Positions 1 to 9,195 of a DNA stretch of 32,000 bases are shown piece after piece; positions within the stretch are counted from its first letter, which is position 1; each line of letters begins with the position of its first letter. The notes under the pieces are model-generated. The model made no database searches, had not been told where the DNA came from, and saw nothing but the letters and a program-made list of their open reading frames with translations. The position numbers and the translations under genes are program-made. The DNA is taken from contig JAVSMW010000015.1 in the NCBI GenBank assembly GCA_032027005.1, positions 10,354 to 42,353 on the forward strand. Reading direction: 5' to 3'. The DNA is from Thermincola sp. (GTDB lineage: Bacteria > Bacillota > Thermincolia > Thermincolales > UBA2595).

Positions 1-637
1 CGAATTGGCTGATAAGTGGCTTGCAATAGCTGCCAGGCTCAATGAGAAAATAAAAGAGTATTTCTGGGATGCGGATGTGGCAAGATATCTGCGCACCGGA
101 TGGTTGAGTGTCCATTATGATGAATTTGCCAGGCGGCAGAGCGGTGGGGAGAGAGTCCGGGAACTGGCAGGCCCTAAAGGTCAGATTACCCACCTGGTTT
201 TTGGTGACGACAGGGCGGATATATCCCTGCTTGGTTTGGCTGTGCCTTTTGAAGTACTTAGTCCGGCAGACGAGGGTATGCAAAAAACTTTTGAGCATCT
301 CGTGAAATGCCTGACCAACCCAGATGTTGGCGGTATTCATCGTTATGTCGGGGACAATTATATTGGTGGTAACCCCTGGGTTTTAACTACACTCTGGCTG
401 GGCCTTTTTGAAGCTATCCTGGGTAAATGGGATGCTGCTGCAGGGCGCCTGGACTGGGCCGTTCTGCACAGGACTGCCCTTGGATTTCTGCCCGAACAGG
501 TTGACCGGCATCATGGGCATGCTGCCTGGGTAGTTCCTTTGGCTTGGTCTCACGCGATGTATATTTTATTAGTCAATTTTTTATCACAGGCGAATAAAGT
601 GAAACTTACTTCAGATGGAGCTTTTTTCTCCATCTGA
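1..637 (+). CDS. Glycoside hydrolase family 15 (glucoamylase/glucodextranase-like), C-terminal part; the 5' end lies outside the window
   Basis: The frame is open from the window edge to the TGA at 635-637. Barrel-type motifs GGIHRYVGDNYIGGNPWVLTTLWLGLF and WSHAMYILL are present. The TTG at 5 used by the ORF track is probably internal. Confidence 0.75.
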   Translation, partial: ELADKWLAIAARLNEKIKEYFWDADVARYLRTGWLSVHYDEFARRQSGGERVRELAGPKGQITHLVFGDDRADISLLGLAVPFEVLSPADEGMQKTFEHLVKCLTNPDVGGIHRYVGDNYIGGNPWVLTTLWLGLFEAILGKWDAAAGRLDWAVLHRTALGFLPEQVDRHHGHAAWVVPLAWSHAMYILLVNFLSQANKVKLTSDGAFFSI

Positions 638-644
638 AGTTTAG
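608..644 (+). terminator. Hairpin overlapping the GH15 stop codon (possible weak intrinsic terminator)
   Basis: Perfect 13-bp stem acttcagatggag (608-620) / ctccatctgaagt (628-640) with loop ctttttt. Only a short TTTAGTT follows. Confidence 0.45.
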
Positions 645-768
645 TTGAACTTATCCAGGGGCTTAGCGCCACTTATCCCCCGCTCACAGAAGCGGGAGTT
701 TAATGGCGGTTAGCCATCGGGCAAACTTTAGGCCGTCCTGGTTTGACTGCCGGATAGGAGGGGAAACA

Positions 769-2748
769 ATGATTTTCAGTCGCGAGGAACTGGGTAATTT
801 TGAAAGCAGCATCGATAAGCAGTGGGTTGTCTCCAACGGTTTAGGTGGTTATGCCTCATCTACCATCACAGGCACCAATACCAGTAAATATCACGGCTTG
901 TTGTTTGCCGCCCTTAGGCCGCCAGGTGAAAGAACTTTATTACTGGCCAAACTTGATGACGAGATTGAGATTAACGGATCTGCCTATGCTTTGGGCAGCA
1001 ATCATACCGGCACAGGGGTATTCCCGTCCGGTTATCTGCACCTGCAGAGTTTTGAACTGCGGCCTTATCCGACCTACACCTATGCTATTATGGATACATT
1101 AGTGGAAAAGGTTATCTTTATGATCAGGGAAACCAATACTACTGTTGTTCGTTACACGATTTACGCCGGCAGGGGGACTTCTGTGAAATTAAAAGTTACC
1201 CCCTTTGTGAACTGCCGGCATTACCACCATACCACCAGGAAAAATGACTGGCCCTTTAACTCAACGGCGGGGGAAAAAGATGTTCTGATTGAAGCCTACC
1301 CTGGGGCACCTAAACTCAACCTGTATTCTGATAAAGCCCTTTATGTACCCGGCCGGGGCTACTGGTTTGAAGGCCTTTTTTACAGCCAGGAGGACCGCCG
1401 GGGACTCGATCCCTGGGAAGATCACTTTATGCCCGGTCATTTTGAAATTGAGCTGGTTAATGGTGAAACCTTTGCCATCACCGCCTCTACCGATGGAGAA
1501 AAACCCGTCAGCAACCCCTTGCTGGAACAGGTTGGTGCTGAACGGAGACTGGTTACACTGGTTGAGCAGGCCGGTTTTCAAGAGGAATTTACCAACAGGC
1601 TCATCTTGGCGGCAGATTCCTTTATTGTGAACCGGGAGTCGACGGGAGCCAAAACGATTATCGCCGGTTATCCATGGTTTACCGATTGGGGCCGGGACAC
1701 TATGATTGCCCTGCCCGGGCTCACCCTGGTAACCAGGAGATTTGCTGAAGCCAGGGAAATTTTGCTTACTTTTGCCAAGTATTGTGATCACGGCCTCATC
1801 CCCAATATGTTTCCCGATCAGGGGGAAAAGCCGTTGTATAACACTGTAGATGCTTCTCTTTGGTTTTTTCACGCGGTTTCCAGGTATATAGCCTACACGG
1901 GGGATAATGCCTTCATCAAAGAATCAATTTACCCTGTGCTGAAAGAAATTGTTAACAGCTACCGCCTGGGGACTCTTTTTAATATTAAAATGGATAAAGA
2001 CGGGCTGATTTCAGCCGGAGAACATGGTCAACAGCTGACCTGGATGGATGCCAAGGTTAACGATTGGGTAGTTACACCAAGGCATGGCAAGCCTGTGGAG
2101 ATAAATGCCCTGTGGTATAATGCCCTGCACGTGATCAGCAAGCTGGCCAAAACTTATGGAGACAAACCGGAGGACTACTTGGAACTGGCTAAAACAGTCC
2201 AGGTTAGTTTTAATCAGAAATTTTGGAACCATGAGGCAAAATGCCTCTTTGATTTGATTTCCGAAAACGGACCTGATCCGGCTGTCCGACCAAACCAAAT
2301 CCTGGCCGTGGCCTTAACATATTCACCATTGGATCACAGCAGGCAGGTCGATGTGGTGAACAAGGTTTGGCGGGACTTATATTTTTCCTATGGACTGCGC
2401 AGTTTGTCTCCATCATCACCGGAGTACCGCGGCAGATATATGGGGGGCGTAGTGCAGCGCGACGGAGCATATCACCAGGGAACAGGCTGGGCTTGGCTGA
2501 TTGGGCCATTTATAACTGCTTTCCGGCGGGTACACGGTTTTTCTGCGGAGAGCAAGACCATTGCCGAAAGATTTATCGACCCCTTAAAAGCCCATTTACG
2601 GCACCATGGGGTGGGCTCGATTTCGGAAATTTTTGACGGTGATCCGCCTCATGCCCCCAAAGGCTGCTATGCCCAGGCCTGGAGTGTGGCTGAGGTTTTA
2701 CGGACCTATGTGGAAGATATTTTGGGGATATCTCCGGAAAAAAAATAA
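769..2748 (+). CDS. Glycogen debranching enzyme, amylo-alpha-1,6-glucosidase family (GDE_N + GDE_C, archaeal/bacterial type)
   Basis: N-terminus NGLGGYASSTITGTNTSKYHGLL; C-terminal domain motifs GYPWFTDWGRDTMIALPGL and QLTWMDAKV. I place the start at ATG 769, preceded by GGAGGGG (756-762), rather than at the track start 703. Confidence 0.85.
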   Translation: MIFSREELGNFESSIDKQWVVSNGLGGYASSTITGTNTSKYHGLLFAALRPPGERTLLLAKLDDEIEINGSAYALGSNHTGTGVFPSGYLHLQSFELRPYPTYTYAIMDTLVEKVIFMIRETNTTVVRYTIYAGRGTSVKLKVTPFVNCRHYHHTTRKNDWPFNSTAGEKDVLIEAYPGAPKLNLYSDKALYVPGRGYWFEGLFYSQEDRRGLDPWEDHFMPGHFEIELVNGETFAITASTDGEKPVSNPLLEQVGAERRLVTLVEQAGFQEEFTNRLILAADSFIVNRESTGAKTIIAGYPWFTDWGRDTMIALPGLTLVTRRFAEAREILLTFAKYCDHGLIPNMFPDQGEKPLYNTVDASLWFFHAVSRYIAYTGDNAFIKESIYPVLKEIVNSYRLGTLFNIKMDKDGLISAGEHGQQLTWMDAKVNDWVVTPRHGKPVEINALWYNALHVISKLAKTYGDKPEDYLELAKTVQVSFNQKFWNHEAKCLFDLISENGPDPAVRPNQILAVALTYSPLDHSRQVDVVNKVWRDLYFSYGLRSLSPSSPEYRGRYMGGVVQRDGAYHQGTGWAWLIGPFITAFRRVHGFSAESKTIAERFIDPLKAHLRHHGVGSISEIFDGDPPHAPKGCYAQAWSVAEVLRTYVEDILGISPEKK

Positions 2749-2772
2749 ATTATGCTGTGAGGGGGAATTTCT

Positions 2773-3846
2773 ATGAAAAATTCAGTGGATTTGAATAATC
2801 TTGATGCCATTCTGGCTAATGACCCCGGCAGGATGCTGGAAGCACTCCGGAATTTACCGGAACAATGCCAGGAAGCCCTGGAAATTGGGCGCAAAGTAAA
2901 TATACCGGCTGGTTATGCCGAAATATCAAATATTGTTGTCACCGGTTTGGGCGGTTCGGCCATCGGCGGAGATTTTCTGCGCTTATTTGTCGGTGACCGC
3001 ATAGGGGTGCCGGTGATTATTAACCGGGATTATACCCTGCCGAAATTTATTGATGCCAAAACTCTGATTTTTACAGTCAGTTACTCAGGGAATACAGAAG
3101 AAACCCTGAGTGCATATGCGGAAGCCAGAGAAAAAGGGGCCAAGATAGTAGCCTTGACAAATGGCGGACAGCTGCGGCAGTTGGCTGAAGCGGACGGGAT
3201 GCCGGTAATTGTGGTACCGGCCGGGATCTCACCCCGGGCAGCCACGGGCTACCTGCTGATCCCAACTTTGGCCGTACTTGAAAGCATAAGTTTGATTAAT
3301 GATCTGGATAATCAAATTTCGGACCTGACTACAGCTTTAAAGACACTAAGAGATAAATTGCAGCCTGAGACACCGGCTGACCGGAACCCGGCCAAGCAGT
3401 TGGCTGGAAGGTTTTACGGCAAGCTGCCTGTGATCTGGGCAGCCAGCGGCAATACTGAGGTGGTGGCTACCAGGTGGAAGGGGCAAATTAACGAAAATGC
3501 CAAAGCACCGGCCTACTGGAATATTTTCCCAGAACTTAATCATAACGAAATAGTTGGCTTTGAGGAGCCTGCAGAATTGCTCAAGAACCTGGAAATCGTA
3601 ATGCTGCGTGATCAGAATGACCACCCGCGGGTTCAGAAGCGGATGGAAGTCAGCCGCGAAATAATTCAAGATGTAGTCAGTGGGGTGACTGAAGTGTGGT
3701 CAGAGGGCGAATCCCGGTTGGCCAGGCTGTTTACCCTCACCTATATCGGAGACTTCACCAGTGTCTACCTCGCCACCTTATACGGCATCGACCCTACTCC
3801 TGTGAAGAACATAGATTTCCTGAAAAACAAACTCGCTCAAGGATAA
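2773..3846 (+). CDS. Bifunctional phosphoglucose/phosphomannose isomerase (SIS-domain PGI/PMI family)
   Basis: SIS motifs VVTGLGGSAIGGD and FTVSYSGNTEETL; C-terminal PGI/PMI-type WKGQINENAKAP...FPELNHNEIVGFE. RBS GAGGGGG lies 7 nt upstream of the ATG. Confidence 0.8.
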   Translation: MKNSVDLNNLDAILANDPGRMLEALRNLPEQCQEALEIGRKVNIPAGYAEISNIVVTGLGGSAIGGDFLRLFVGDRIGVPVIINRDYTLPKFIDAKTLIFTVSYSGNTEETLSAYAEAREKGAKIVALTNGGQLRQLAEADGMPVIVVPAGISPRAATGYLLIPTLAVLESISLINDLDNQISDLTTALKTLRDKLQPETPADRNPAKQLAGRFYGKLPVIWAASGNTEVVATRWKGQINENAKAPAYWNIFPELNHNEIVGFEEPAELLKNLEIVMLRDQNDHPRVQKRMEVSREIIQDVVSGVTEVWSEGESRLARLFTLTYIGDFTSVYLATLYGIDPTPVKNIDFLKNKLAQG

Positions 3847-3876
3847 TTAAAAGAAGCATAGTCGTGATATGGGGAC

Positions 3877-4206
3877 TAAAAAGAAGACGCAGAGATTACA
3901 GAGCACACAGAGGGCGCAGAGGAAACAATATGTACATCAGCTCCGTTACTTCTTTCTGCTCCTCTGAGTCTCTTTCAAAATCCTTACCGAAACGATTTTT
4001 ATAGTTTACGAGATGCTATCATAGTAGGCCCTCGGAAATGGTTAAAGCCGGACAACAAGAAAATATACCACAGAGTGCGCAGAGACTTAGTGCTAAACCA
4101 GAAATTATTTTTTAACAACTGTGGTACAATTACTTCTTTGTAATTGCTTTTAATATCTTTCTCTGCGTCCTTTGCGACCTCCACTTCCTCCGCGTTTTCT
4201 TTTTGG
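3877..4206. repeat. Repeat-rich non-coding block: a tandem NNNNCAGAG 9-mer array plus inverted copies
   Basis: Four tandem 9-mers at 3887-3922 (gacgcagag attacagag cacacagag ggcgcagag). Two more at 4068-4085. Inverted copies ctctgag (3962) and ctctgcgtc (4161). Ends aaaaagaagacgc (3877) and gcgttttcttttt (4192) form a 13-nt inverted repeat with 1 mismatch. Confidence 0.4.
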
Positions 4207-4310
4207 ACCGGATAAAGTGGAGGAAAATAGAAAAAGTCCAATGCGCCAAGCCTTGAGCATAAAGGTAACTTAACTTCCGAGAGACTTAAGTGATTTTGTA
4301 GGAGGAAAAA

Positions 4311-5048
4311 ATGATCAAGCCCGTAGCAGATTTACATATTCATACTATCAGCAGCGGCCACGCTTATAGCACGGTTGGGGAGATTTTCGATGCAGCCAGG
4401 CTTAAAGGGCTGCAGATGATTGCCATCACCGACCATGGACCGGCAATACCTGGTGGCCCGCACCTTTATCATTTTGGGAATCTGCGGGTCCTGCCCGCTG
4501 AAATAGGCGGCCTCAGGATTTTGAAAGGTGTGGAAGCCAATATCATTAATGAACAGGGAGAACTGGACATGCCGGTATCTTATCTTGAGCGGCTGGATAT
4601 TGTTCTAGCCGGATTCCACGCACCTTGTTTCCCTTCTAACGACCGCGAAATTTGTACACGGGCTATGCTGAATGCCATCAAAAACCCTTATGTAGACATC
4701 GTTGTACATCCCGGAAATCCTGAGTTTCCTGTTGATTTTGAGCAAGTTGTAAAAGCGGCCGCCGAACAGGGGGTTCCTTTGGAGCTAAATAACAGCTCAT
4801 TTTGTGGCAGCCGCCGGGGAAGTGAACATCACTGCCCTGTGGTAGCTGAGTTAATTGCCCATTACGGAGCCCTGACTGTCATTGACAGTGACGCTCATTT
4901 TGCAGGTGATGTAGGAAAATTCGACCAGGCCTTGGAAACGGTGCAAAATGCAGGTGTGCGCCCTGAGCAGGTCTTAAATACCTCGGTGGAAAAAGTTTTA
5001 AAATATTTAGCAGAAAGAAGGAATTTGCGTCAGGCAGACTTAAGATAA
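4311..5048 (+). CDS. PHP-domain metal-dependent phosphatase (YcdX-like)
   Basis: N-terminal DLHIHTISSGHAYST and ITDHGP motifs, later VHPGNP and DSDAH, typical of PHP/YcdX phosphoesterases. Strong RBS AGGAGG lies upstream. Confidence 0.8.
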   Translation: MIKPVADLHIHTISSGHAYSTVGEIFDAARLKGLQMIAITDHGPAIPGGPHLYHFGNLRVLPAEIGGLRILKGVEANIINEQGELDMPVSYLERLDIVLAGFHAPCFPSNDREICTRAMLNAIKNPYVDIVVHPGNPEFPVDFEQVVKAAAEQGVPLELNNSSFCGSRRGSEHHCPVVAELIAHYGALTVIDSDAHFAGDVGKFDQALETVQNAGVRPEQVLNTSVEKVLKYLAERRNLRQADLR

Positions 5049-5073
5049 ACATTAAGTTTAACCCGAAGCGGAG

Positions 5074-6039
5074 ATGATGAAATTGCATGAACTAATTATC
5101 GGAGTTGACCTGGGTGGGACCAATATCAAGGGAGCACTGTTAGATAAACAGGGCAGTATCATTATCAAAGACCAGAAATCCACCCAGGCTAATGCTGGGC
5201 CTGAAGCTGTAGCCAGGAGAATGTCTGAGATGATCTCTTCTCTCGAAGGGATAGCGGCCTCGAAGGGAGCCCAGGTATTGGGTATCGGCATAGGAGTGCC
5301 GGGGCAGCCTAATTCGCGCCTGGGCACAGTTGTATTTGCTCCTAACCTGCGCTGGCGGAACGTACCTCTGGTTAAATACCTGCATGGTGCGACCGGCCTG
5401 CCCATATTTCTGGAAAATGACGCTAATATGGCGGCCTTGGGAGAACAGTGGCTTGGTGCCGGCCGGGGCGCGCTGAACATGGTTATGATCACAATCGGTA
5501 CAGGCATTGGCGGGGGGCTGATTATTAATGGCCGCCTGTACAGTGGGGGCAGCGGCACAGCCGGGGAAATCGGCCATACTGTCATAGACCCCAATGGACC
5601 GTTGTGCAGTTGTGGGCGGAGGGGCTGCCTGGAAACCATGACTTCAGCCACAGCGATGATCAGAATGGCCAGAGAGGCCATAGATTCGGGTGAGGTTTCA
5701 GTGTTAAGCAAGGCGGAAAACCTGGAGGCCAGGGATATAATTAGGGCTGCCCAGGCCGGGGACAAAGTTGCGGACCGGATTATCAATAATGCCGCTTATT
5801 ACCTGGGGCTGGGGCTGGGCAATGTGATAAATCTCCTGAACCCCGATACAATTGTGGTTGGCGGGGGTGTTTCCCGGGCCGGGGAAATTCTCTTTGCTCC
5901 CTTAAGAGCAAATACCGCTCTCCATTCCCTGGAGTCAGCAGGACAGGCAGTCAAAATTGTTCCGGCAGAATTGGGCAATGATGCCGGATGTATTGGGGCG
6001 GCGGCCCTTGTCCGGCAGGAAACCTCCCTAAAAAAGTAG
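5074..6039 (+). CDS. glcK: ROK-family glucokinase
   Basis: ATP-binding IGVDLGGTNIK, ROK signature region and zinc motif CSCGRRGCLE. The start could equally be the adjacent ATG at 5077. Confidence 0.85.
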   Translation: MMKLHELIIGVDLGGTNIKGALLDKQGSIIIKDQKSTQANAGPEAVARRMSEMISSLEGIAASKGAQVLGIGIGVPGQPNSRLGTVVFAPNLRWRNVPLVKYLHGATGLPIFLENDANMAALGEQWLGAGRGALNMVMITIGTGIGGGLIINGRLYSGGSGTAGEIGHTVIDPNGPLCSCGRRGCLETMTSATAMIRMAREAIDSGEVSVLSKAENLEARDIIRAAQAGDKVADRIINNAAYYLGLGLGNVINLLNPDTIVVGGGVSRAGEILFAPLRANTALHSLESAGQAVKIVPAELGNDAGCIGAAALVRQETSLKK

Positions 6040-6115
6040 TGCCATCATTTTTAGTGAAAGTAGCAAAAGATGACAAGTCATAGATTAACTGCGGGTACAT
6101 TATATAAGAGGCGGC

Positions 6116-6160
6116 AAACCCCTATGGTCGTGGGCTTCGGCCGTTAAAGGGGTTTTTGTT
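6116..6160 (+). terminator. Intrinsic terminator after glcK
   Basis: Stem aaacccct (6116-6123) / aggggttt (6148-6155), enclosing an inner GGC-ttcg-GCC hairpin, followed by a T-run. Confidence 0.7.
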
Positions 6161-6263
6161 ACTTTTTATACATTTTTTAAAATTGAATTTACAGGAAATA
6201 GAGGAAAAGATTGAAAAATACCGAATAACGTAATTTAAAGTATTTTTTATACGAGGTGATCAA

Positions 6264-7895
6264 ATGCTGAAGGGAAAGTATCCACTTAACCTGATCGAGA
6301 GGTTAGGCCTGGAGGGACACATATTTTTGAAGTTAAGTTTTAATATCAAATATGTTTTTCCTGCGATTTATGTAAGTTTATTTTCCTTTTTAGTACCTTC
6401 CGTACTGTATCAGGGAAAATGGAACAGCATGAGTACTATAGTTCTGACTGTTTCACTCATTGGACTGATAGTTAATGTTATACTGGGCAGTAAAGTTTCA
6501 GCATTGAAAAGCTTCTCGGCAATTTTACAGCCTGTTTGGGCTTATCTGACAACGATTATTTTCGGTGTGGTTTCCGGAATCAGTGTTCGTGACTGGCTTT
6601 TGGCACTGGTTTTCGTGGTTTTCGGGGCAGTATGCTGGTGGATTATCAGTGCCGGTATGGCCAATGCCCTTCGTTCGATCCTTAATGGGATAGATTTAGC
6701 CGTGAGAGACCAGAGCCAAAGAATAAACTTAAGAATTAAGCGGAATGATGAAATTGGTATACTGGCTTCTAAGTTAAACAGGTTTTTTGATGAACGGGAG
6801 AAGTATTTATCCGTAATCTCTGAACACGCCTGGGTTTTAGACGAGACAAGCCGGGACATCAACACTAATTTCCAGGCCTCCTCACAGGCCACAGAGCAGG
6901 TTGCCAACGCTGTGGAACAGGTTACCAGAGGCTCTGTGGAACAGGCCAGGCATTTATCAGAAATAGCAGAAATTATGAAGCAGGTTAGGCAGGCGGTAGA
7001 GCAGGTTGCCACAGGTGCCGGAGACCAGGGCCGGGAAATTCAGGATATTTTAGAACTTATCAAATCGATAGCCGGCAAAATGGATGAAACTTCTCAAATT
7101 CTGGTTAAGGCTAAGGAGACTACTGTTGTTAACAATCAAAATGCTCAAAATGGTGTGGATGCTGTAAAGAGAACAGAAGAAGTCATGACCCAGATAAAAA
7201 CTTCAGTTCTGCAGACAGCAGACAAGATTCGCGGTCTTGGGGAGCAATCAGAGAAAATAGGTCAGATTATTCAGGTCATAGACGATATTGCGGAACAAAC
7301 AAACCTCCTTGCTCTAAATGCTGCTATAGAGGCTGCGCGGGCAGGAGAACATGGCAAAGGTTTTGCAGTTGTGGCAGATGAGGTGCGCAAACTCGCCGAA
7401 AGGTGCAGTAAAGCGACTAAAGAGACTGCAGATTTAATTACCAGGATTCAACATGAGACTGATATAGCTGTAAAGTCCACGCAAACTGCCTCAGAGCAGG
7501 TCAAAGTGGGTGAAGCACAGGCCCAGGAAGCCCAGCTGGCTTTAAATCAAATTGTGCAAGGTGCGCAGAATTCAAGCCGAAATGCAGGCAGGACTGCTGA
7601 AATGATAGAAGAAATGCTGCAGGACAGCAAAGAAATAGAACGGGCGGTTACGAGTGTAGCAACTGTAGCAGTGCAAAATGCGGCAGTCTCCCAACAGATG
7701 ACAGCTTCCGCTGAACAAGTTGATTCAGCTGTTGGGAATATTGCCGCCACTTCACAACAAAATGCGGCCGCTGCCCAGGAAGTGGCTGCTTCCACTGTGG
7801 AGTTAAGTAATTCTGTGCAAGAAATGGCTTCCTCAAGCGAAAAGTTATCTGGTGTGTGTCAGGAACTGCGGAACCTGGTCATTAAATATAACTAA
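6264..7895 (+). CDS. Methyl-accepting chemotaxis protein with a multi-TM N-terminus and no obvious extracytoplasmic domain
   Basis: Highly conserved signalling hairpin [41 protein letters not shown]. The N-terminal ~130 aa are hydrophobic helices, followed by a HAMP-like linker. Confidence 0.9.
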   Translation: MLKGKYPLNLIERLGLEGHIFLKLSFNIKYVFPAIYVSLFSFLVPSVLYQGKWNSMSTIVLTVSLIGLIVNVILGSKVSALKSFSAILQPVWAYLTTIIFGVVSGISVRDWLLALVFVVFGAVCWWIISAGMANALRSILNGIDLAVRDQSQRINLRIKRNDEIGILASKLNRFFDEREKYLSVISEHAWVLDETSRDINTNFQASSQATEQVANAVEQVTRGSVEQARHLSEIAEIMKQVRQAVEQVATGAGDQGREIQDILELIKSIAGKMDETSQILVKAKETTVVNNQNAQNGVDAVKRTEEVMTQIKTSVLQTADKIRGLGEQSEKIGQIIQVIDDIAEQTNLLALNAAIEAARAGEHGKGFAVVADEVRKLAERCSKATKETADLITRIQHETDIAVKSTQTASEQVKVGEAQAQEAQLALNQIVQGAQNSSRNAGRTAEMIEEMLQDSKEIERAVTSVATVAVQNAAVSQQMTASAEQVDSAVGNIAATSQQNAAAAQEVAASTVELSNSVQEMASSSEKLSGVCQELRNLVIKYN

Positions 7896-7922
7896 GCGGG
7901 ATAGCTGGTTATAATAGGGTTT

Positions 7923-7958
7923 AAGAGGTCATTGTGTAGAACACTTTGCCTCTTTTTT
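7923..7958 (+). terminator. Probable terminator after the MCP gene
   Basis: AAGAGG (7923-7928) pairs with CCTCTT (7949-7954), with an inner gtgt/acac pairing, followed by TTTTTT. The stem is interrupted. Confidence 0.45.
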
Positions 7959-7985
7959 ATTTCAAATCATGAAATGGAAGGGGGA

Positions 7986-8282
7986 ATGTTTGTGGCATAT
8001 TTGCTGTACGGGGTAGGCGGGCTTATACTGTTATATGCAATTGTCATGCCCTTGGTAATGAAGAAAAGGAATATTGAAAAAGCCGAAATAGCCGTGGTCA
8101 GACGGTATTATTATTCGATATGGATACTGGGGATGGCCTTTGTTGCGGACTTCATGGACAAGACTATACTCAAGCAGCTTGGAGCAAATAAATTAGGCTT
8201 TAACGAGACAGTATGGTTTATTATTATAATGTTCCAAAAGACATTAACTATCTTATCGTCCCATATAACAGCTCCCTCGTAG
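7986..8282 (+). CDS. Hypothetical small membrane protein (98 aa)
   Basis: ATG 7986 is preceded by GGAAGGGGG. Hydrophobic segments include FVAYLLYGVGGLILLYAIVMPLV and YYYSIWILGMAFVADF. I recognise no homolog. Confidence 0.45.
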   Translation: MFVAYLLYGVGGLILLYAIVMPLVMKKRNIEKAEIAVVRRYYYSIWILGMAFVADFMDKTILKQLGANKLGFNETVWFIIIMFQKTLTILSSHITAPS

Positions 8283-8395
8283 AGGACCAATTCTATGTAA
8301 TAATGTCCACCAAAAACGACCTTTACAACGTAGAACACGTTATGGTGCTTATGCTGCTACAGGCGTTTGAAGTCCAGATTTTATGAGATTAGGCA

Positions 8396-8425
8396 TTGTC
8401 AAAATGGGACAGGCAGTATTATAAT
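8396..8425 (+). promoter_or_regulatory. Sigma-A type promoter for small ORF 1
   Basis: TTGTCA (8396-8401), 18-nt spacer, TATAAT (8420-8425). It lies inside the longer track ORF (8367), which argues for the shorter start. Confidence 0.5.
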
Positions 8426-8447
8426 AAAAGCAGGAGGAGGTGTTAGT

Positions 8448-8618
8448 TTGGCTACTCGATTTACTAAAGAGGATTTGGAAAAAGCAAAAGAAAGAATCGC
8501 AAAAGAAGGTCTACGTTCGATTTACGTCAAGTGGCCTTCTAATTACCCGGATCGTATTTCAATTGTAACGGAAAAAACCGAGAAAATGTTGCAAGAATTA
8601 GAACTTAAACGGGCGTAA
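8448..8618 (+). CDS. Small hypothetical protein (56 aa), paralog of the next ORF
   Basis: TTG 8448 lies 7 nt after AGGAGGAGG (8432-8440). Flanked by its own promoter and terminator. The N-terminal motif FTKEDLEKAKERIAKEG is shared with ORF 8727. Confidence 0.5.
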   Translation: MATRFTKEDLEKAKERIAKEGLRSIYVKWPSNYPDRISIVTEKTEKMLQELELKRA

Positions 8619-8624
8619 AAGAGC

Positions 8625-8656
8625 GAGGGGGCATGTAAAAATGCTCCCTTTTTATT
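8625..8656 (+). terminator. Intrinsic terminator
   Basis: Stem gagggggcat / atgctccct with 1 mismatch, loop gtaaaa, then TTTTATT. Confidence 0.7.
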
Positions 8657-8726
8657 GTTTAAGCAACCCAGAAACCGGCAATACTCTAGCTAATATTTAA
8701 TATGTTTAAGTTGAGGGGTTGAGATT

Positions 8727-8909
8727 GTGGCTGGGACAAAGTTTTATAAGTCAGACCTTGAAAAGGCTAGAGAGAGATACAAAAAAAGGGGGCCTGTTAA
8801 GCCAGGTGAGCTGACCAGGCATTCCCCGAACGACAAGTTTGAAAAGGTAATAAACAAAAGCCGGGAAATGTCCGTCATACTAAAATTTTTAAACTCAATG
8901 TACAAATAG
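8727..8909 (+). CDS. Small hypothetical protein (60 aa), paralog of ORF 8448
   Basis: GTG 8727 lies 8 nt after GAGGGG (8713-8718). The N-terminal motif FYKSDLEKARERYKKRG parallels FTKEDLEKAKERIAKEG. Its own terminator follows. Confidence 0.45.
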   Translation: MAGTKFYKSDLEKARERYKKRGPVKPGELTRHSPNDKFEKVINKSREMSVILKFLNSMYK

Positions 8910-8939
8910 GATTGCTTTTACGTTCAAAGAATGAGTTCA

Positions 8940-8981
8940 AGAGGCTGATTTGTGTTCAATAACACAAATTGTCTCTTTTTT
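8940..8981 (+). terminator. Intrinsic terminator
   Basis: Perfect 9-bp stem atttgtgtt / aacacaaat with loop caat, extended by agaggc/gtctct, then TTTTTT (8976-8981). Confidence 0.7.
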
Positions 8982-9086
8982 GCTTTCAGGGAATAAGATG
9001 CTGTAGTAGCATTAAATATAAAAAAATAAGAGACCAGAACTAACATTTCTGTTCATCCAGAAGTGTTTTTTGCGCTTCCGCCCCCA

Positions 9087-9095
9087 TGGTATAAT
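9087..9095 (+). promoter_or_regulatory. Extended -10 box TGGTATAAT upstream of the second PHP gene
   Basis: TGgTATAAT at 9087-9095. The -35 region is weak. The same 9-mer recurs at 13145, 23046 and 28197 upstream of other genes. Confidence 0.4.
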
Positions 9096-9195
9096 TTGTA
9101 ACGGCTGCACACAATCTATATTAATACGGACTTTCATGTTGAAATTGTACAGTTACAAAAAAATAGCCTTTAATAATAAAGTGAGGTGTTTTTTT

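Noticed and set aside
3999-4241. 80-aa ORF on the - strand in the PGI/PMI-PHP intergenic region
   Set aside because: It has a TTG start and no Shine-Dalgarno sequence. It runs through the repeat array and has no recognisable motifs.
5058-5786. Long antisense ORFs opposite well-supported genes (5058-5786, 18734-19285, 20678-21229, 23120-23647, 29517-30170, all on the - strand)
   Set aside because: Each lies entirely within a strongly supported + strand gene (glcK, pgk/tpiA, gpmI, hppA, rnr). All lack an RBS and have biased, low-complexity composition typical of shadow ORFs.
6195-6263. SigD-type (flagellar/chemotaxis sigma) promoter upstream of the MCP gene
   Set aside because: A CCGAATAA element resembles the SigD -10 box (GCCGATAT), but no TAAA -35 lies at the required ~15-nt spacing.
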